Shown piece by piece: positions 1 through 9,150 of a stretch of 64,000 nt of DNA. The stretch comes from Acidimicrobiaceae bacterium (GTDB taxonomy: Bacteria > Actinomycetota > Acidimicrobiia > Acidimicrobiales > JAUTXP01): assembly GCA_030837965.1 (NCBI GenBank), contig JAUTXP010000046.1:38326-102325 (forward strand), in the 5' to 3' direction. Below the pieces are notes generated by a model. That model saw only the letters and a program-made list of their open reading frames with translations. It made no database searches and was not told where the DNA came from. The position numbers were made by a program, and so were the translations under genes. The first letter of the stretch is position 1. The number at the start of each line of letters is the position of its first letter.

Positions 1-455
1 TCGCCCCCGATCAGGCCCAACATGTCCTGGGCTTGCAGGTGTACAGCAAGACCCTGCCCAACGAGGACCTGCCCTCGACGTGGGCGCTGCGCGAGGCCAA
101 CCCGGCGGAGTACGGCGGTTACACCAACCACTGGATCTACGAGTCGCTGCTGGTGTTGGCGTCAGGGATTCAGATGGCTGGGCCGCGGCTGACGCCGGAG
201 ACCTTCCAAGCCGGGCTGTTCAAGACCCGCTTCCCCAACCCGGGCGCGGGCGCGGCGCCGTACTACCAGGCGACAGTGGGGTTCCCCGGCGTGCACTCGT
301 TCGTGCAGGACCTGGCGCCGGTGTGGTTGAGCTCGTCCGACAAGTCGGTGGCCACGGCGCGCGCGCCGTCGTACTGCTACGTCTTCCAGGGCAGGCGGTT
401 CAAGGCGGGCACGTTCCCTGACGCCCTGCCATTCCGCCAACAACCCTGCCGCTGA
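1..455 (+). CDS. C-terminal part of a periplasmic solute-binding protein (ABC-type, possibly amino-acid family); 5' end lies outside the window
   Basis: The ORF is open to the window start (frame 3) and stops at 455. High-GC codon usage. The function rests on general resemblance only. Confidence 0.45.
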   Translation, partial: APDQAQHVLGLQVYSKTLPNEDLPSTWALREANPAEYGGYTNHWIYESLLVLASGIQMAGPRLTPETFQAGLFKTRFPNPGAGAAPYYQATVGFPGVHSFVQDLAPVWLSSSDKSVATARAPSYCYVFQGRRFKAGTFPDALPFRQQPCR

Positions 456-564
456 AGCGGCGGCGGTGTGTCGCCCACAGCGGCCCGGCCGCGTTGCCCC
501 TTCTTGGCATGATCAGTTCGGCGCCCAGGCGTGGGCCCGGTGCCAAGAACGGAGAGCGCGGAAC

Positions 565-1602
565 TCAGCCGCCCGCGAGCTTGCGCTGCAAGACGTCGTA
601 GGCCGCGCCCCGCGCCCCTGACGGCTTGATCAGCCAGAACCCGCTGCAATCCTCGACCGCGTTCTCGTCACGCCACCCGTCCACGCAACTGTCGTCGAAC
701 ACCTGCCAGTACACGACCCACGGACAACCCCAGTCGAGCGCGGTCTGCGACACGTTCTCCACCAGGGCCGCGGTCACGCCCGGCCCGGCTCGGTTCTCGG
801 CGCACCCGAACTCGCCCAACATCACGTTGCGGTCGCCGAACGCGTCCGAAGGAGGCGCCATCGCCCCCAAGTGCGCCAGCGCGGCTGCGAACTGCTCTGG
901 CTCCAACGTCGTGTCCCATGCGCTGTACGAGTACAGGTCGCACCCGGCCTTGGGCACCACGTCGTTGGTCACGCACGGCCGCCCTTCGAGCGCCTGGCTC
1001 ACGATGTTGACCTCGAGCGCGTTGAACACGTTGACCCCGTCGGCGCCCACCCGGTCTCGGGCCCGGTCGACGGCCCGCTGTCGCACCTCCATCCACCGCA
1101 GCATCCCGTCGAACCCCTGCTGGGTCGGGAGCTGCTCGGGATCGGTGTGGCCCCGCACGGCCCAGTCGCCCTCCCAGTTCTGGAACACGAAGGTCTTCCC
1201 CGTCCCCGCGTACGTCGTCAGGAAGTGCGTGGCCAGAGCCTCGACCTGGCGCTCCTCCTCGGCGAACCAGACCGCCCGCGGGTCGTCGAGCCAGTAGTGA
1301 CGGGGGCTGCCCCACTGGTAGACCTCGAACACATACGTCGTGAAGGGGCGCTCGAACAAGGCCCGGTACGAGGGTGTCGACACCAGTTCCACCAACGAGT
1401 TCACCGGCGGCAGGGGCTTGCCGAAGCGATAGACGTTGCGCGGGTTGTCATCGAGCCAGCCCTTGAACACCCGGCTGCCGATGCCCAGGATCTCGTCCGC
1501 CCCTTCGAGCAGGAAGTCGTCGCCGCCGAGGGAGTAACGGCCCGCGGCGTGGGTGACGCCGAGCCGGTCGGGCACGGCCCACTGCGTGGCATCGATGGTC
1601 AT
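565..1602 (-). CDS. Clan GH-A (TIM-barrel) glycoside hydrolase-like protein
   Basis: Internal ATG at 1602 (MTIDATQW...) forms an ATGA overlap with the upstream gene's stop. 'FQNWEGDW' is an NE acid/base-type motif and 'MLGEFG' is a nucleophile-type motif. Confidence 0.6.
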   Translation of the reverse strand: MTIDATQWAVPDRLGVTHAAGRYSLGGDDFLLEGADEILGIGSRVFKGWLDDNPRNVYRFGKPLPPVNSLVELVSTPSYRALFERPFTTYVFEVYQWGSPRHYWLDDPRAVWFAEEERQVEALATHFLTTYAGTGKTFVFQNWEGDWAVRGHTDPEQLPTQQGFDGMLRWMEVRQRAVDRARDRVGADGVNVFNALEVNIVSQALEGRPCVTNDVVPKAGCDLYSYSAWDTTLEPEQFAAALAHLGAMAPPSDAFGDRNVMLGEFGCAENRAGPGVTAALVENVSQTALDWGCPWVVYWQVFDDSCVDGWRDENAVEDCSGFWLIKPSGARGAAYDVLQRKLAGG

Positions 1603-3026
1603 CGACCCGACCCCGTACCCGCGCCCGTGATCACCACTGGTCCGAACAGCGGAACGGGCAGGCCGCCCTTGTCCACCAGGGCCGCCCGCGGGCACAGACC
1701 CGGTCCGTAGACGATGGTCGCGCCCGCGGCCAACGGCTGGTCGACATGCACGACGAAGGCATCGCCCTCGGCCCGCACGTCGAGGACCGACGCGCCGTCG
1801 ACCACCACGTCACACGGCCCCGTCATCTCCAGCTCGCCGTCGACGCTGTCGAAGCGGCACACGACTGTCTGGCTGTCGACGGCCTCGACCGCCACCAGCC
1901 GGGGCGACGAGCGGCCGGTGTGGCCGGGCACGAACTGCTCGGCCACCATGGCCATCCGGCGACCCAGCACGTCGACCGCGGGCCGGTCGAGATGCACGCC
2001 GTCGCCCAACGTCAGGTCGGCCGCGGCCACGACGGCCACGTTGGCGATGGCGTCGGCCACTCGGCGCTGGGCATCGCGAACCAACGGCCACCCGGCCACG
2101 TCGGCCGGATCGACGTCCTCGTTCAGCACCCGCTTGAGTTGCGCGATGTCGTAGCGCGAGATCTGCACGGTGACGATCGGCAACTGCGGGTCTTCGAGGT
2201 CGGCCCGAAGCTCTTCCACGAAACCTGCGAAGCGTTCGAAGTACGACGGAGCAGGGTCGGGCCCGCTGTCGCCCTCGCCTTGGTACCAGGCCACGCCCCG
2301 CAGCGGCCCGGCATCGCGAGCGCGAAGCACGAGGTTGCCGTAGAGCGTGTCGGCGAAGGCCGCACCCGTCTTGCCCGCCCAATCGCGTCGCCAGTTGTAC
2401 AGCGACGTGGCGCCCAGCGCGCACGGCACCAAGCCCACCGGGACACCGGTCCGGGCTGCCAGTTCTCGGGCGAACGACGACCCAGGGCCGACGCCGCCGA
2501 TCGGCCCCTGTTGCTGTTGCGCGAAGTACGGCGCGCACACCTCGGCCCAGGCCTGGTCGCTCATTGGCGCGTGGACGTCCCGACGGGCCGAGCGCAGCAC
2601 GGGCGAGTGCGGGTTCTCCCACAAGCGGTGGAGCGGGTCGACCGCGGGCTGCCACCGCTCATCGAAACCGAGCATGCGGACGTTGTCGATCGGCGTCGGC
2701 TCGTCGTCCAGCGCGCCGCCGCCCATCATGTTCGACTGGCCTGCCAGCGCCCACACATCGCCCACCAGGACGTCGTTGGCCTGGTGGGCGATGGTGTCGC
2801 CGTCAGAGACGGTGATCGAGTACGGGCCGCCCGTGGGCAGCAGCAGCCGGTCGCCGTCCACTACGAACTGCTCCGCGGCGCGCCCGGTGCCGCGCACCTC
2901 CACCTGGCGCCGCCGGCCGGGCGGCAAGCCGATGGCCGCGGCACCGTTCTGGTCCGGCAACAACGTGAGGTCGCGGGGGAGGACGCGGTGGTCGCACACG
3001 GTCGGGAGGGGTGTCACTGGTGCCAT
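1599..3026 (-). CDS. Sialate O-acetylesterase-like carbohydrate esterase (SGNH/DUF303 type)
   Basis: 'GDVWALAGQSNMMG' is the GQSNM motif and 'WYQGEGD' is also present. ATG at 3026 (MAPVTPL). The gene is coupled to the downstream hydrolase. Confidence 0.7.
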   Translation of the reverse strand: MAPVTPLPTVCDHRVLPRDLTLLPDQNGAAAIGLPPGRRRQVEVRGTGRAAEQFVVDGDRLLLPTGGPYSITVSDGDTIAHQANDVLVGDVWALAGQSNMMGGGALDDEPTPIDNVRMLGFDERWQPAVDPLHRLWENPHSPVLRSARRDVHAPMSDQAWAEVCAPYFAQQQQGPIGGVGPGSSFARELAARTGVPVGLVPCALGATSLYNWRRDWAGKTGAAFADTLYGNLVLRARDAGPLRGVAWYQGEGDSGPDPAPSYFERFAGFVEELRADLEDPQLPIVTVQISRYDIAQLKRVLNEDVDPADVAGWPLVRDAQRRVADAIANVAVVAAADLTLGDGVHLDRPAVDVLGRRMAMVAEQFVPGHTGRSSPRLVAVEAVDSQTVVCRFDSVDGELEMTGPCDVVVDGASVLDVRAEGDAFVVHVDQPLAAGATIVYGPGLCPRAALVDKGGLPVPLFGPVVITGAGTGSGR

Positions 3027-3078
3027 GGTATACCAGCGGGGGACGGCAGGCGGGCGGCGGCCGAAAGGGCGGTGAGAA

Positions 3079-3495
3079 TCAGGTGGCGCGCATGCGGTTG
3101 CCGCGTGCTTCGTGCTCGACCTCGGCCATTCCGAGGGCTTCGAGCACCGGGGGCACGTAGCTGCCGAAGCGCCCCCGGAGGCCCTTCTTGAGGCCGTACC
3201 ATCCGCCCACCGGGTTGTCGTCCGAGCGGGCCCACGCCTCGACCGACCCGTCCGGCGCAGGCTTCTGCTCGTCGGCGTTGCCCAGTGCCACCCAGTCGCC
3301 CTGCTGGCGCAGCCACGCATGCAGGTCGTCAATGGCGCGCAGGTGGTACCGAAGCTGCGTCGAGCCGACTTGCACGACCAAGGCGGGCGGTTCGGCCTCG
3401 GGTTCGCGCCAGGCCTGGAACTCCGACTTGCCAGGCGGCGTGGTCAGCACCCACGGGTCCTCGGCCGTCCCTGCTCCAACTGGTTCGATCGCCAT
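3079..3495 (-). CDS. Hypothetical protein (138 aa)
   Basis: ATG at 3495 (MAIEPVGAG...) and a coherent ORF. No recognisable catalytic motif. Confidence 0.5.
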   Translation of the reverse strand: MAIEPVGAGTAEDPWVLTTPPGKSEFQAWREPEAEPPALVVQVGSTQLRYHLRAIDDLHAWLRQQGDWVALGNADEQKPAPDGSVEAWARSDDNPVGGWYGLKKGLRGRFGSYVPPVLEALGMAEVEHEARGNRMRAT

Positions 3496-3661
3496 CCCAG
3501 GATGATGGCACCACTGGGTGGCCGCTCGCCGAGCGTCGTGGCCGGGCTTCAGGCCGGGTGGGGCCCGCATTTGGGCGTACTTGCACACCGCCACGGTGGC
3601 CAACCGCGCCCAAATGCAGCATGCCGCAACTGGTTCACCTCTGAGCAACGCCCAGTCGGCG

Positions 3662-4180
3662 TCAGGGGCCGGGGCGCTGGCGGCTGTGCATGTCCACCTT
3701 GCTCCACGTCGCCTTGGCCCCCGCGTGCCCCACCTGAACGAGTCGGGCCGTGGCGGCCACGCCAGTCAGCAACGCGGCCACGGCGAACGCGGCGCCAAGG
3801 CGCCTCGTCCACAGGCTTCCACGGGCAGCCGGCCCGCCCTCGCCATCGGGTTCACGAACCGGCCGACGTTCGAAGGCGACGGCGCCGAGCACGAGCACGA
3901 GCACCAAGATCGAGAGCGGACGCAGACCGTCGGCCAGTTGCGTGTGCCTTTCGAGGAGCGTGCTCCGCGGCACGTGGTGTTCCAGGGCGTCCCCGCTGCT
4001 CACGGCCAGTTGCACCGAGACGACGGTCAGGGCGGCCAGCACTGCGGTGGGCAGGCCAAGGACTCGTCGCTTCGACGGCACCACCGCCCGCACCGCGACG
4101 AGGAGCGTCACGATCGGGATCGACAGGATGGGGAAGTGGACGAGGAAGGGGTGGGCGGGCAGCCCGAACACGGTTGACAT
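3662..4180 (-). CDS. DUF2231-like integral membrane protein
   Basis: 'HPFLVHFPI' N-terminal motif and four hydrophobic segments. ATG at 4180. Confidence 0.6.
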   Translation of the reverse strand: MSTVFGLPAHPFLVHFPILSIPIVTLLVAVRAVVPSKRRVLGLPTAVLAALTVVSVQLAVSSGDALEHHVPRSTLLERHTQLADGLRPLSILVLVLVLGAVAFERRPVREPDGEGGPAARGSLWTRRLGAAFAVAALLTGVAATARLVQVGHAGAKATWSKVDMHSRQRPGP

Positions 4181-4188
4181 CTGGCCCG

Positions 4189-4989
4189 CTACCGGTCGCC
4201 TGCCTCGATGACGATCTGGTCCTTCCGGGTCCGGGTCAGGTAGACGACGACGGCCAGGATGGCCGCGAGAAAGATCGCGCTCGTCCCCGTCGTGCCGAGG
4301 GCGAGCCCGCCGGCGTGCCGAGACTGCGACAGGTAGTCGCCGATGGACGCGCCCAGCGGGCGGGTGAGGATGTACGCGGCCCAGAACGCGAGGATGGCGT
4401 TGAGCCGGAGGTAGCGCCACGCCAGCGTGATCAGCGCGATCCCGGCCCCGAAGATCAGCGCTGACCGCCAGTAGCCGATCTTGAACTGCTCAGCGATGAG
4501 GTCGCCCGCGGCCGTGCCGAGAGCGAACGTGAACAGGATGGCGAGCCAGTAGTACGCCTCGCGCCTCGCGGTGAAGATCGAGTGGATCGAAAGCGTCCCC
4601 TCCTTGCGCTGCCAGACCCCGAAGGTGACAGCCAGCGCCAGCGCGAACAACGCGGTGCTCAGCTTGAGGCTGACGCCGAAGCGGTCCGTGAGGTTGTCGG
4701 TGATGAGAGTGCCGACCACGCTGATGGCGACGACGGCGAACCAGTAGTACCCGGGCACGTAGCGGCGCTCCCGGAACTGGAGGTAGAGGGCCACGGCGAG
4801 GACGCCAGTCATGGCGACGGTGGTCCACGTGAGCCCGAAGTGAAGGGTGTCGTTCAGGAAGTCGGCCGCCGTCTCCCCGATGGTCGTGGCCAGGATCTTG
4901 ATAATCCAGAAGTAGATGGTGACTTCCGGAACCTTGCTGAAGATCCTCCGGACGTCCTGGCGCGATGCGTGGTCGGCGGCGGTTGTCAA
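4189..4989 (-). CDS. Integral membrane protein (COG4705-like repeat membrane protein)
   Basis: Repeated TM pattern ('IYFWIIKILATTIGETAADFL', 'FWAAYILTRPLGASIGDYL'). TTG at 4989 is preceded by GGAAGG 7 nt upstream. Confidence 0.55.
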   Translation of the reverse strand: MTTAADHASRQDVRRIFSKVPEVTIYFWIIKILATTIGETAADFLNDTLHFGLTWTTVAMTGVLAVALYLQFRERRYVPGYYWFAVVAISVVGTLITDNLTDRFGVSLKLSTALFALALAVTFGVWQRKEGTLSIHSIFTARREAYYWLAILFTFALGTAAGDLIAEQFKIGYWRSALIFGAGIALITLAWRYLRLNAILAFWAAYILTRPLGASIGDYLSQSRHAGGLALGTTGTSAIFLAAILAVVVYLTRTRKDQIVIEAGDR

Positions 4990-5078
4990 CGTGTGACCTT
5001 CCTGTGTCGTGAGAGCAGTCGATGGCGACGGTAGGGCCGCCTTGGTTCGCGCCGGGCTGGTCTCAGGTTCGCGGACGG

Positions 5079-6383
5079 CTAAACGTGCGTGGACGCCGCA
5101 CGGGCGCTGGGGATGGCCACGCTGAAGATGGGCCGGGGCGCAGCCCTCGCCACCTCCACTCGGGCACCGTGGGCCTGAGCGAGGGAGCGGGCCAACGCCA
5201 GCCCGATGCCGTGTCCCGCGGCCTGCGGTGAGCGCCGGTTGAAGATGGCCGCGACATCGCCCCGAATCCCCTCGCCTTCGTCGCCGACGTCGACAACGAC
5301 GCCGCGGCCCGCGCCACGGGCGGCGATCGTGACAGTGCCCGATCCGTGGACGACCGCGTTGTCGACCAGGACGTTGAGAATCTCGCGCAGGACGTCGGCG
5401 GGGCAGGCGACGGGGGCGAGGACGCCCTCGATGTCGAGCCGCAGCGGCCGGCCCGACGCGCCGAGCTGGCCGTGCCATCGCTCGGCCACCTCGGCGCAGA
5501 CCCGACCGGCATCCGATGCGGAGCCCTCCCCGGCGGTCTCCCGGGCTACGGCGAGCAGGGTCGAGACGGTGGCTTGGAGGCGGTCCACCTCGTCGATGGC
5601 GTCGCCGATCGCGGCGACGGGGTCTGCTCCCGGCGTGACGAGCGCGCTCTCGAGCCCGAGGCGCAGGCTCGTCAGGGGCGTGTTGAGCTGGTGCGACACG
5701 TCAGCGGCGAAGGCGCGCTCCGCGGCCACGACCTCACCCAGCCGCTCGGCCGTGTGGTTGAGGGCGGCCGCCGTGCGGTCCACCTCGGCGATGCCTGAGG
5801 GGCGAAGACGCACGGCGAAGTCGCCGTCGCCCAGCCGCATGGCGAGGGCCGCCATGTCCTCGACGGGCGTCACCAGGCGCGACGACTGCCAGCGGGCCAG
5901 CATCCCCGCGAGGGCCACGGCACCGAGCGCGAACGCGGCCATCAGCAGCCAGCTCTCGCGGGTCTCATCCACGACCGCGGCCCACGGCACCGCGGCCCGG
6001 GCCGCGCCGACGACTTGCTCCTCGTCGTGGAGCGGGACGGCGACGGCGAGCCACCTGCCGTCACGGGCATCGCGGACGTGCGCCCCCAATGCCGAGCGCA
6101 CTTCGGCACCGCCGACACGGGGGCCGACGCCAGCGACGAGCCGACCGTGCTCGTCGTAGAGGGCGACCTGCATGCGCGCGGGCGTCGGGGGGAGGTCGAC
6201 GGGGTCGCCGCCGCGCAGGCCGGAGGCCGGAAGCGCGCCCGCCGCCCGCGTCGCCACCTGCTCCAGGCGGCTCACCTCGCGACTGCGATAGAGCCGGGCC
6301 GCGGCCACCGCGAGGGGCGCCCCGAACAGGACGACGGCAAGCGAGGTCACCGCGACCATCGACGCCAGGAGCCGGCGTCTCAC
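5079..6383 (-). CDS. Sensor histidine kinase (HAMP + HisKA + HATPase)
   Basis: H-box 'SHQLNTPLTSL', N-box 'LVDNAVVHG', G-boxes 'DEGEGI' and 'GHGIGLALA'. GTG at 6383 overlaps the response regulator's stop (GTGA). Confidence 0.85.
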   Translation of the reverse strand: MRRRLLASMVAVTSLAVVLFGAPLAVAAARLYRSREVSRLEQVATRAAGALPASGLRGGDPVDLPPTPARMQVALYDEHGRLVAGVGPRVGGAEVRSALGAHVRDARDGRWLAVAVPLHDEEQVVGAARAAVPWAAVVDETRESWLLMAAFALGAVALAGMLARWQSSRLVTPVEDMAALAMRLGDGDFAVRLRPSGIAEVDRTAAALNHTAERLGEVVAAERAFAADVSHQLNTPLTSLRLGLESALVTPGADPVAAIGDAIDEVDRLQATVSTLLAVARETAGEGSASDAGRVCAEVAERWHGQLGASGRPLRLDIEGVLAPVACPADVLREILNVLVDNAVVHGSGTVTIAARGAGRGVVVDVGDEGEGIRGDVAAIFNRRSPQAAGHGIGLALARSLAQAHGARVEVARAAPRPIFSVAIPSARAASTHV

Positions 6384-7051
6384 GGCAGGTCCATGCGGTA
6401 CCCGACCCCTCGGACGGTGCTGATCCGGCTGCGGCCGCCAGGCGCGTCGAGCTTGCGCCGGAGGGCCCAGATGTGGATGTCGAGCGTCTTCGTCGAACCG
6501 AACCAGTGCTCGTCCCACACCTCCTCGAGCAGTCGCTCCCGCCGCACGACGCGTCCAGCGTTGCGCGCCAGCGCGACCAGAAGGTCGAACTCCTTGGGCC
6601 GCAGCTCGACGGGGACGTCGTCGATCGTGACGGCGCGGGTGTCGAGGTCGACGACGAGGTCGCCCACGACGAAGCGGTCGCGCTCGCCGTCGGCCCGGCG
6701 GGTGCACGCCCGCACGCGCGCCAGCAACTCCGCCAGCCGGAAAGGCTTCACGAGGTAGTCGTCAGCCCCGGCGTCGAGCCCCAGCACCACGTCGGCCTCC
6801 TCGCCTCGGGCGGTGAGGATCAGGACCTGCGGCCGGGCCGCCTCGGCGTTGAGCATCCGGCAGACGTCGAGCCCGTCGCGGTCCGGGAGGCCGAGATCGA
6901 GGACGACCAGCGCGGTCGTCGGCCGGACCGCGCTCATCCCCTCTGCCGCGCTGGTCGACCACGAGACCTCGTACCCCTGTCCTTCGAGCGTCCGCTCCAG
7001 CGAGGAGCCGATGCCGGCGTCGTCTTCGATGACCACGATGTGGGCTGGCAC
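6380..7051 (-). CDS. OmpR-family response regulator
   Basis: Receiver domain 'LVVLDLGLPDRDG' and winged-helix C-terminus 'TVRGVGYRM'. Confidence 0.9.
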   Translation of the reverse strand: MPAHIVVIEDDAGIGSSLERTLEGQGYEVSWSTSAAEGMSAVRPTTALVVLDLGLPDRDGLDVCRMLNAEAARPQVLILTARGEEADVVLGLDAGADDYLVKPFRLAELLARVRACTRRADGERDRFVVGDLVVDLDTRAVTIDDVPVELRPKEFDLLVALARNAGRVVRRERLLEEVWDEHWFGSTKTLDIHIWALRRKLDAPGGRSRISTVRGVGYRMDLP

Positions 7052-7139
7052 GTGACGATGGTGGCACCTGCGTCGGGATTAACCCACCGCGAACCTTCGT
7101 CGGCGGCGTCGCGAACCGCCGGTTCCGTACGGTGACCGT

Positions 7140-7817
7140 GTGCCCAGCCGTCCTCTCGTCGCCGCAACGGCCCTGCTCGTCGCAGGCGCTTGTTCGTCGA
7201 GCGGCTCCGCCGGGCGCCCCCCGACCACGCACGTGGCAACGACCGCGACGAGCCTCGCGGCCACCCCGCAGACTGCTGCTGCCGCTGCCCCCTGCGCTTC
7301 GGGACCGAACGGTTCTGCGAGCCAGTCAGGCCAGTCAGGCAAGGAGACCAGCCCTCCGGGCGACATCCCCGACAACCAGGCGTTCGTCCTTTACAGCCCG
7401 CCGAGCGGGGGCTACTCGATCAAGGTGCCCGAGGGGTGGGCGCGAACCGACGAGCAGCAAGCCGTCACATTCACCGACAAGTTCAACGCCGTGAGGGTCG
7501 AGTTGACGCCTGCTTCACAGGCGCCGACCGTGGAGTCGGCGCGGGCGGCGGAGGTGCCGCCGCTGGCGGCGACCGTGCCCTGCTTTCGCGCCGGCAACGT
7601 AAGCACGGCGACTCGCCGGGCGGGCACCGCGGTCGTCGTCACCTACCAGGCCGACGGGCCGAGCGACCCGGTGACCGGCAAGGCAGTGCGCGAAGACGTC
7701 GAGCGCTTCGAGTTCTGGCGCAATGGGACGGAGGCGGTGATCACGTTGTCGGGACCAGCCGGCTCCGACAACGTCGACCCGTGGAGGATCGTCACCGACT
7801 CCTTCGCGTGGCGGTGA
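7140..7817 (+). CDS. Lipoprotein, unknown function
   Basis: Lipobox 'LLVAGAC' after a signal peptide. The stop overlaps the next start. Confidence 0.65.
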   Translation: MPSRPLVAATALLVAGACSSSGSAGRPPTTHVATTATSLAATPQTAAAAAPCASGPNGSASQSGQSGKETSPPGDIPDNQAFVLYSPPSGGYSIKVPEGWARTDEQQAVTFTDKFNAVRVELTPASQAPTVESARAAEVPPLAATVPCFRAGNVSTATRRAGTAVVVTYQADGPSDPVTGKAVREDVERFEFWRNGTEAVITLSGPAGSDNVDPWRIVTDSFAWR

Positions 7818-8479
7818 CAACGCCGGCGCTCGAGGCCGTCACCCTCTACCGGTTCTTCCACGCGGGCCACGACGAGGTGCTGGCGTTGCGGGGCGTGTCA
7901 CTCGAAGCGGCACCAGGGGAGGTGGTGGCCGTCGTGGGCCCGTCGGGCTCCGGGAAGTCGACGCTCCTCGCGTGCCTGTCTGGGGTGGATGAACCGGACG
8001 GCGGCCAGGTGCGGGTGGCCGGCCACGTGCTTACCAGGCGAGGCGAGGCGCGACGCGCCCAATTGCGCGCCCGCTACATCGGCGTCCTCTTCCAATCCGA
8101 CAACCTGGTCGGCCACCTCGGCGTCACTGAGAATGTGCGCCTCGCGCAGCGGCTCGCCGGTCGGGACGACGAGGCCAGGCGTGTGGCCCTGCTCGAAAGC
8201 GTCGGCCTGGCCGGGCGCGCCGCCGCGTTGCCGTCCCAGCTCTCGGGCGGTGAGGCGGTCCGGGCCGCCTTGGCCGTCGCCCTGGCCAACGATCCGGCTG
8301 TGGTGGTTGCCGACGAGCCGACCGGAGAGCTCGACTCCTCCACGGAGCAGACCGTCCTCGAGCTGCTCCTCGCCCAGGCGGGCTCCGGCACCGCGGTGGT
8401 CATCGCCACCCACAGCGACGCCGTCGCCTCGATCGCCGACCGGACCGTCCGCCTGGAGGACGGAAAGGTCCGAGCGTGA
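7814..8479 (+). CDS. ABC transporter ATP-binding protein
   Basis: Walker A 'GPSGSGKST', signature 'LSGGE', Walker B 'VVVADEPT'. GTGA overlap at 7814-7817. Confidence 0.85.
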   Translation: MTTPALEAVTLYRFFHAGHDEVLALRGVSLEAAPGEVVAVVGPSGSGKSTLLACLSGVDEPDGGQVRVAGHVLTRRGEARRAQLRARYIGVLFQSDNLVGHLGVTENVRLAQRLAGRDDEARRVALLESVGLAGRAAALPSQLSGGEAVRAALAVALANDPAVVVADEPTGELDSSTEQTVLELLLAQAGSGTAVVIATHSDAVASIADRTVRLEDGKVRA

Positions 8480-9150
8480 CCGCCGTCCCTATCGTGGTCG
8501 CTGAGCACGTGGGGCGCACGTACGGCCAGGGTCGCCAGGCCGTCGTCGCCGTGCACGACTTCTCGGGCGCGATCGAGCCGGGGCGGTCGGTCGCCGTCGT
8601 GGGCCCGTCGGGCTCGGGCAAGAGCACGCTCTTGCACCTCCTCGCGGGACTCGACGCGCCGACCGTGGGCCGCGTGAGCTGGCCCGGCCTGGGGACGTCG
8701 GCGCGCGCGTTGCCGGCGGGAACGATCGCCCTCGTATTCCAGGGGCCCAGCCTGCTGCCCGCGCTCGACGCGCGAGAGAACGTGGCCCTCCCGATCCTGC
8801 TCGCAGGCGGGCGCGACGCGGACGCGGGCCGGGCCGCGGACGCGGCACTCGCTCTGCTCGGCCTCTCCGGTGTGGGATCGGCCCTCCCCGAGGAGCTGTC
8901 CGGTGGCCAGGCCCAACGAGTCGCGGTGGCCAGGGCGCTGGCGTCGGGGCCTCGGCTGCTGATCGCTGACGAGCCGACGGGGCAGCTCGACCACGCCGCG
9001 GCCGGGCTTGTGATCGACGCCATCCTGGCGGTCGTCGACACAGGCGCGGCCGTGGTCGTGTCGACCCACGACGCCGCGGTGGCGGCCCGGTTCTCCAGTT
9101 CGTGGCGCATGGCCGACGGCGCCCTCTACCACGAGGACCCCGCGTGGTAG
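8476..9150 (+). CDS. ABC transporter ATP-binding protein (second ATPase)
   Basis: Walker A 'GPSGSGKST', signature 'LSGGQAQRVAVARAL', Walker B 'LLIADEPT'. Confidence 0.85.
   Translation: MTAVPIVVAEHVGRTYGQGRQAVVAVHDFSGAIEPGRSVAVVGPSGSGKSTLLHLLAGLDAPTVGRVSWPGLGTSARALPAGTIALVFQGPSLLPALDARENVALPILLAGGRDADAGRAADAALALLGLSGVGSALPEELSGGQAQRVAVARALASGPRLLIADEPTGQLDHAAAGLVIDAILAVVDTGAAVVVSTHDAAVAARFSSSWRMADGALYHEDPAW

Noticed and set aside
1746-3191. A 481-aa plus-strand ORF, with other long ORFs in the same area
   Set aside because: It is antisense to the well-supported GQSNM esterase gene. The sequence is Arg/Gly/His-rich and low-complexity, as is typical of shadow ORFs in high-GC DNA.
5079-6707. 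The full 542-aa version of the histidine kinase ORF
   Set aside because: The N-terminal 108 codons overlap the response-regulator gene in another frame. A GTG at 6383 gives the usual GTGA coupling and a normal TM-HAMP start.
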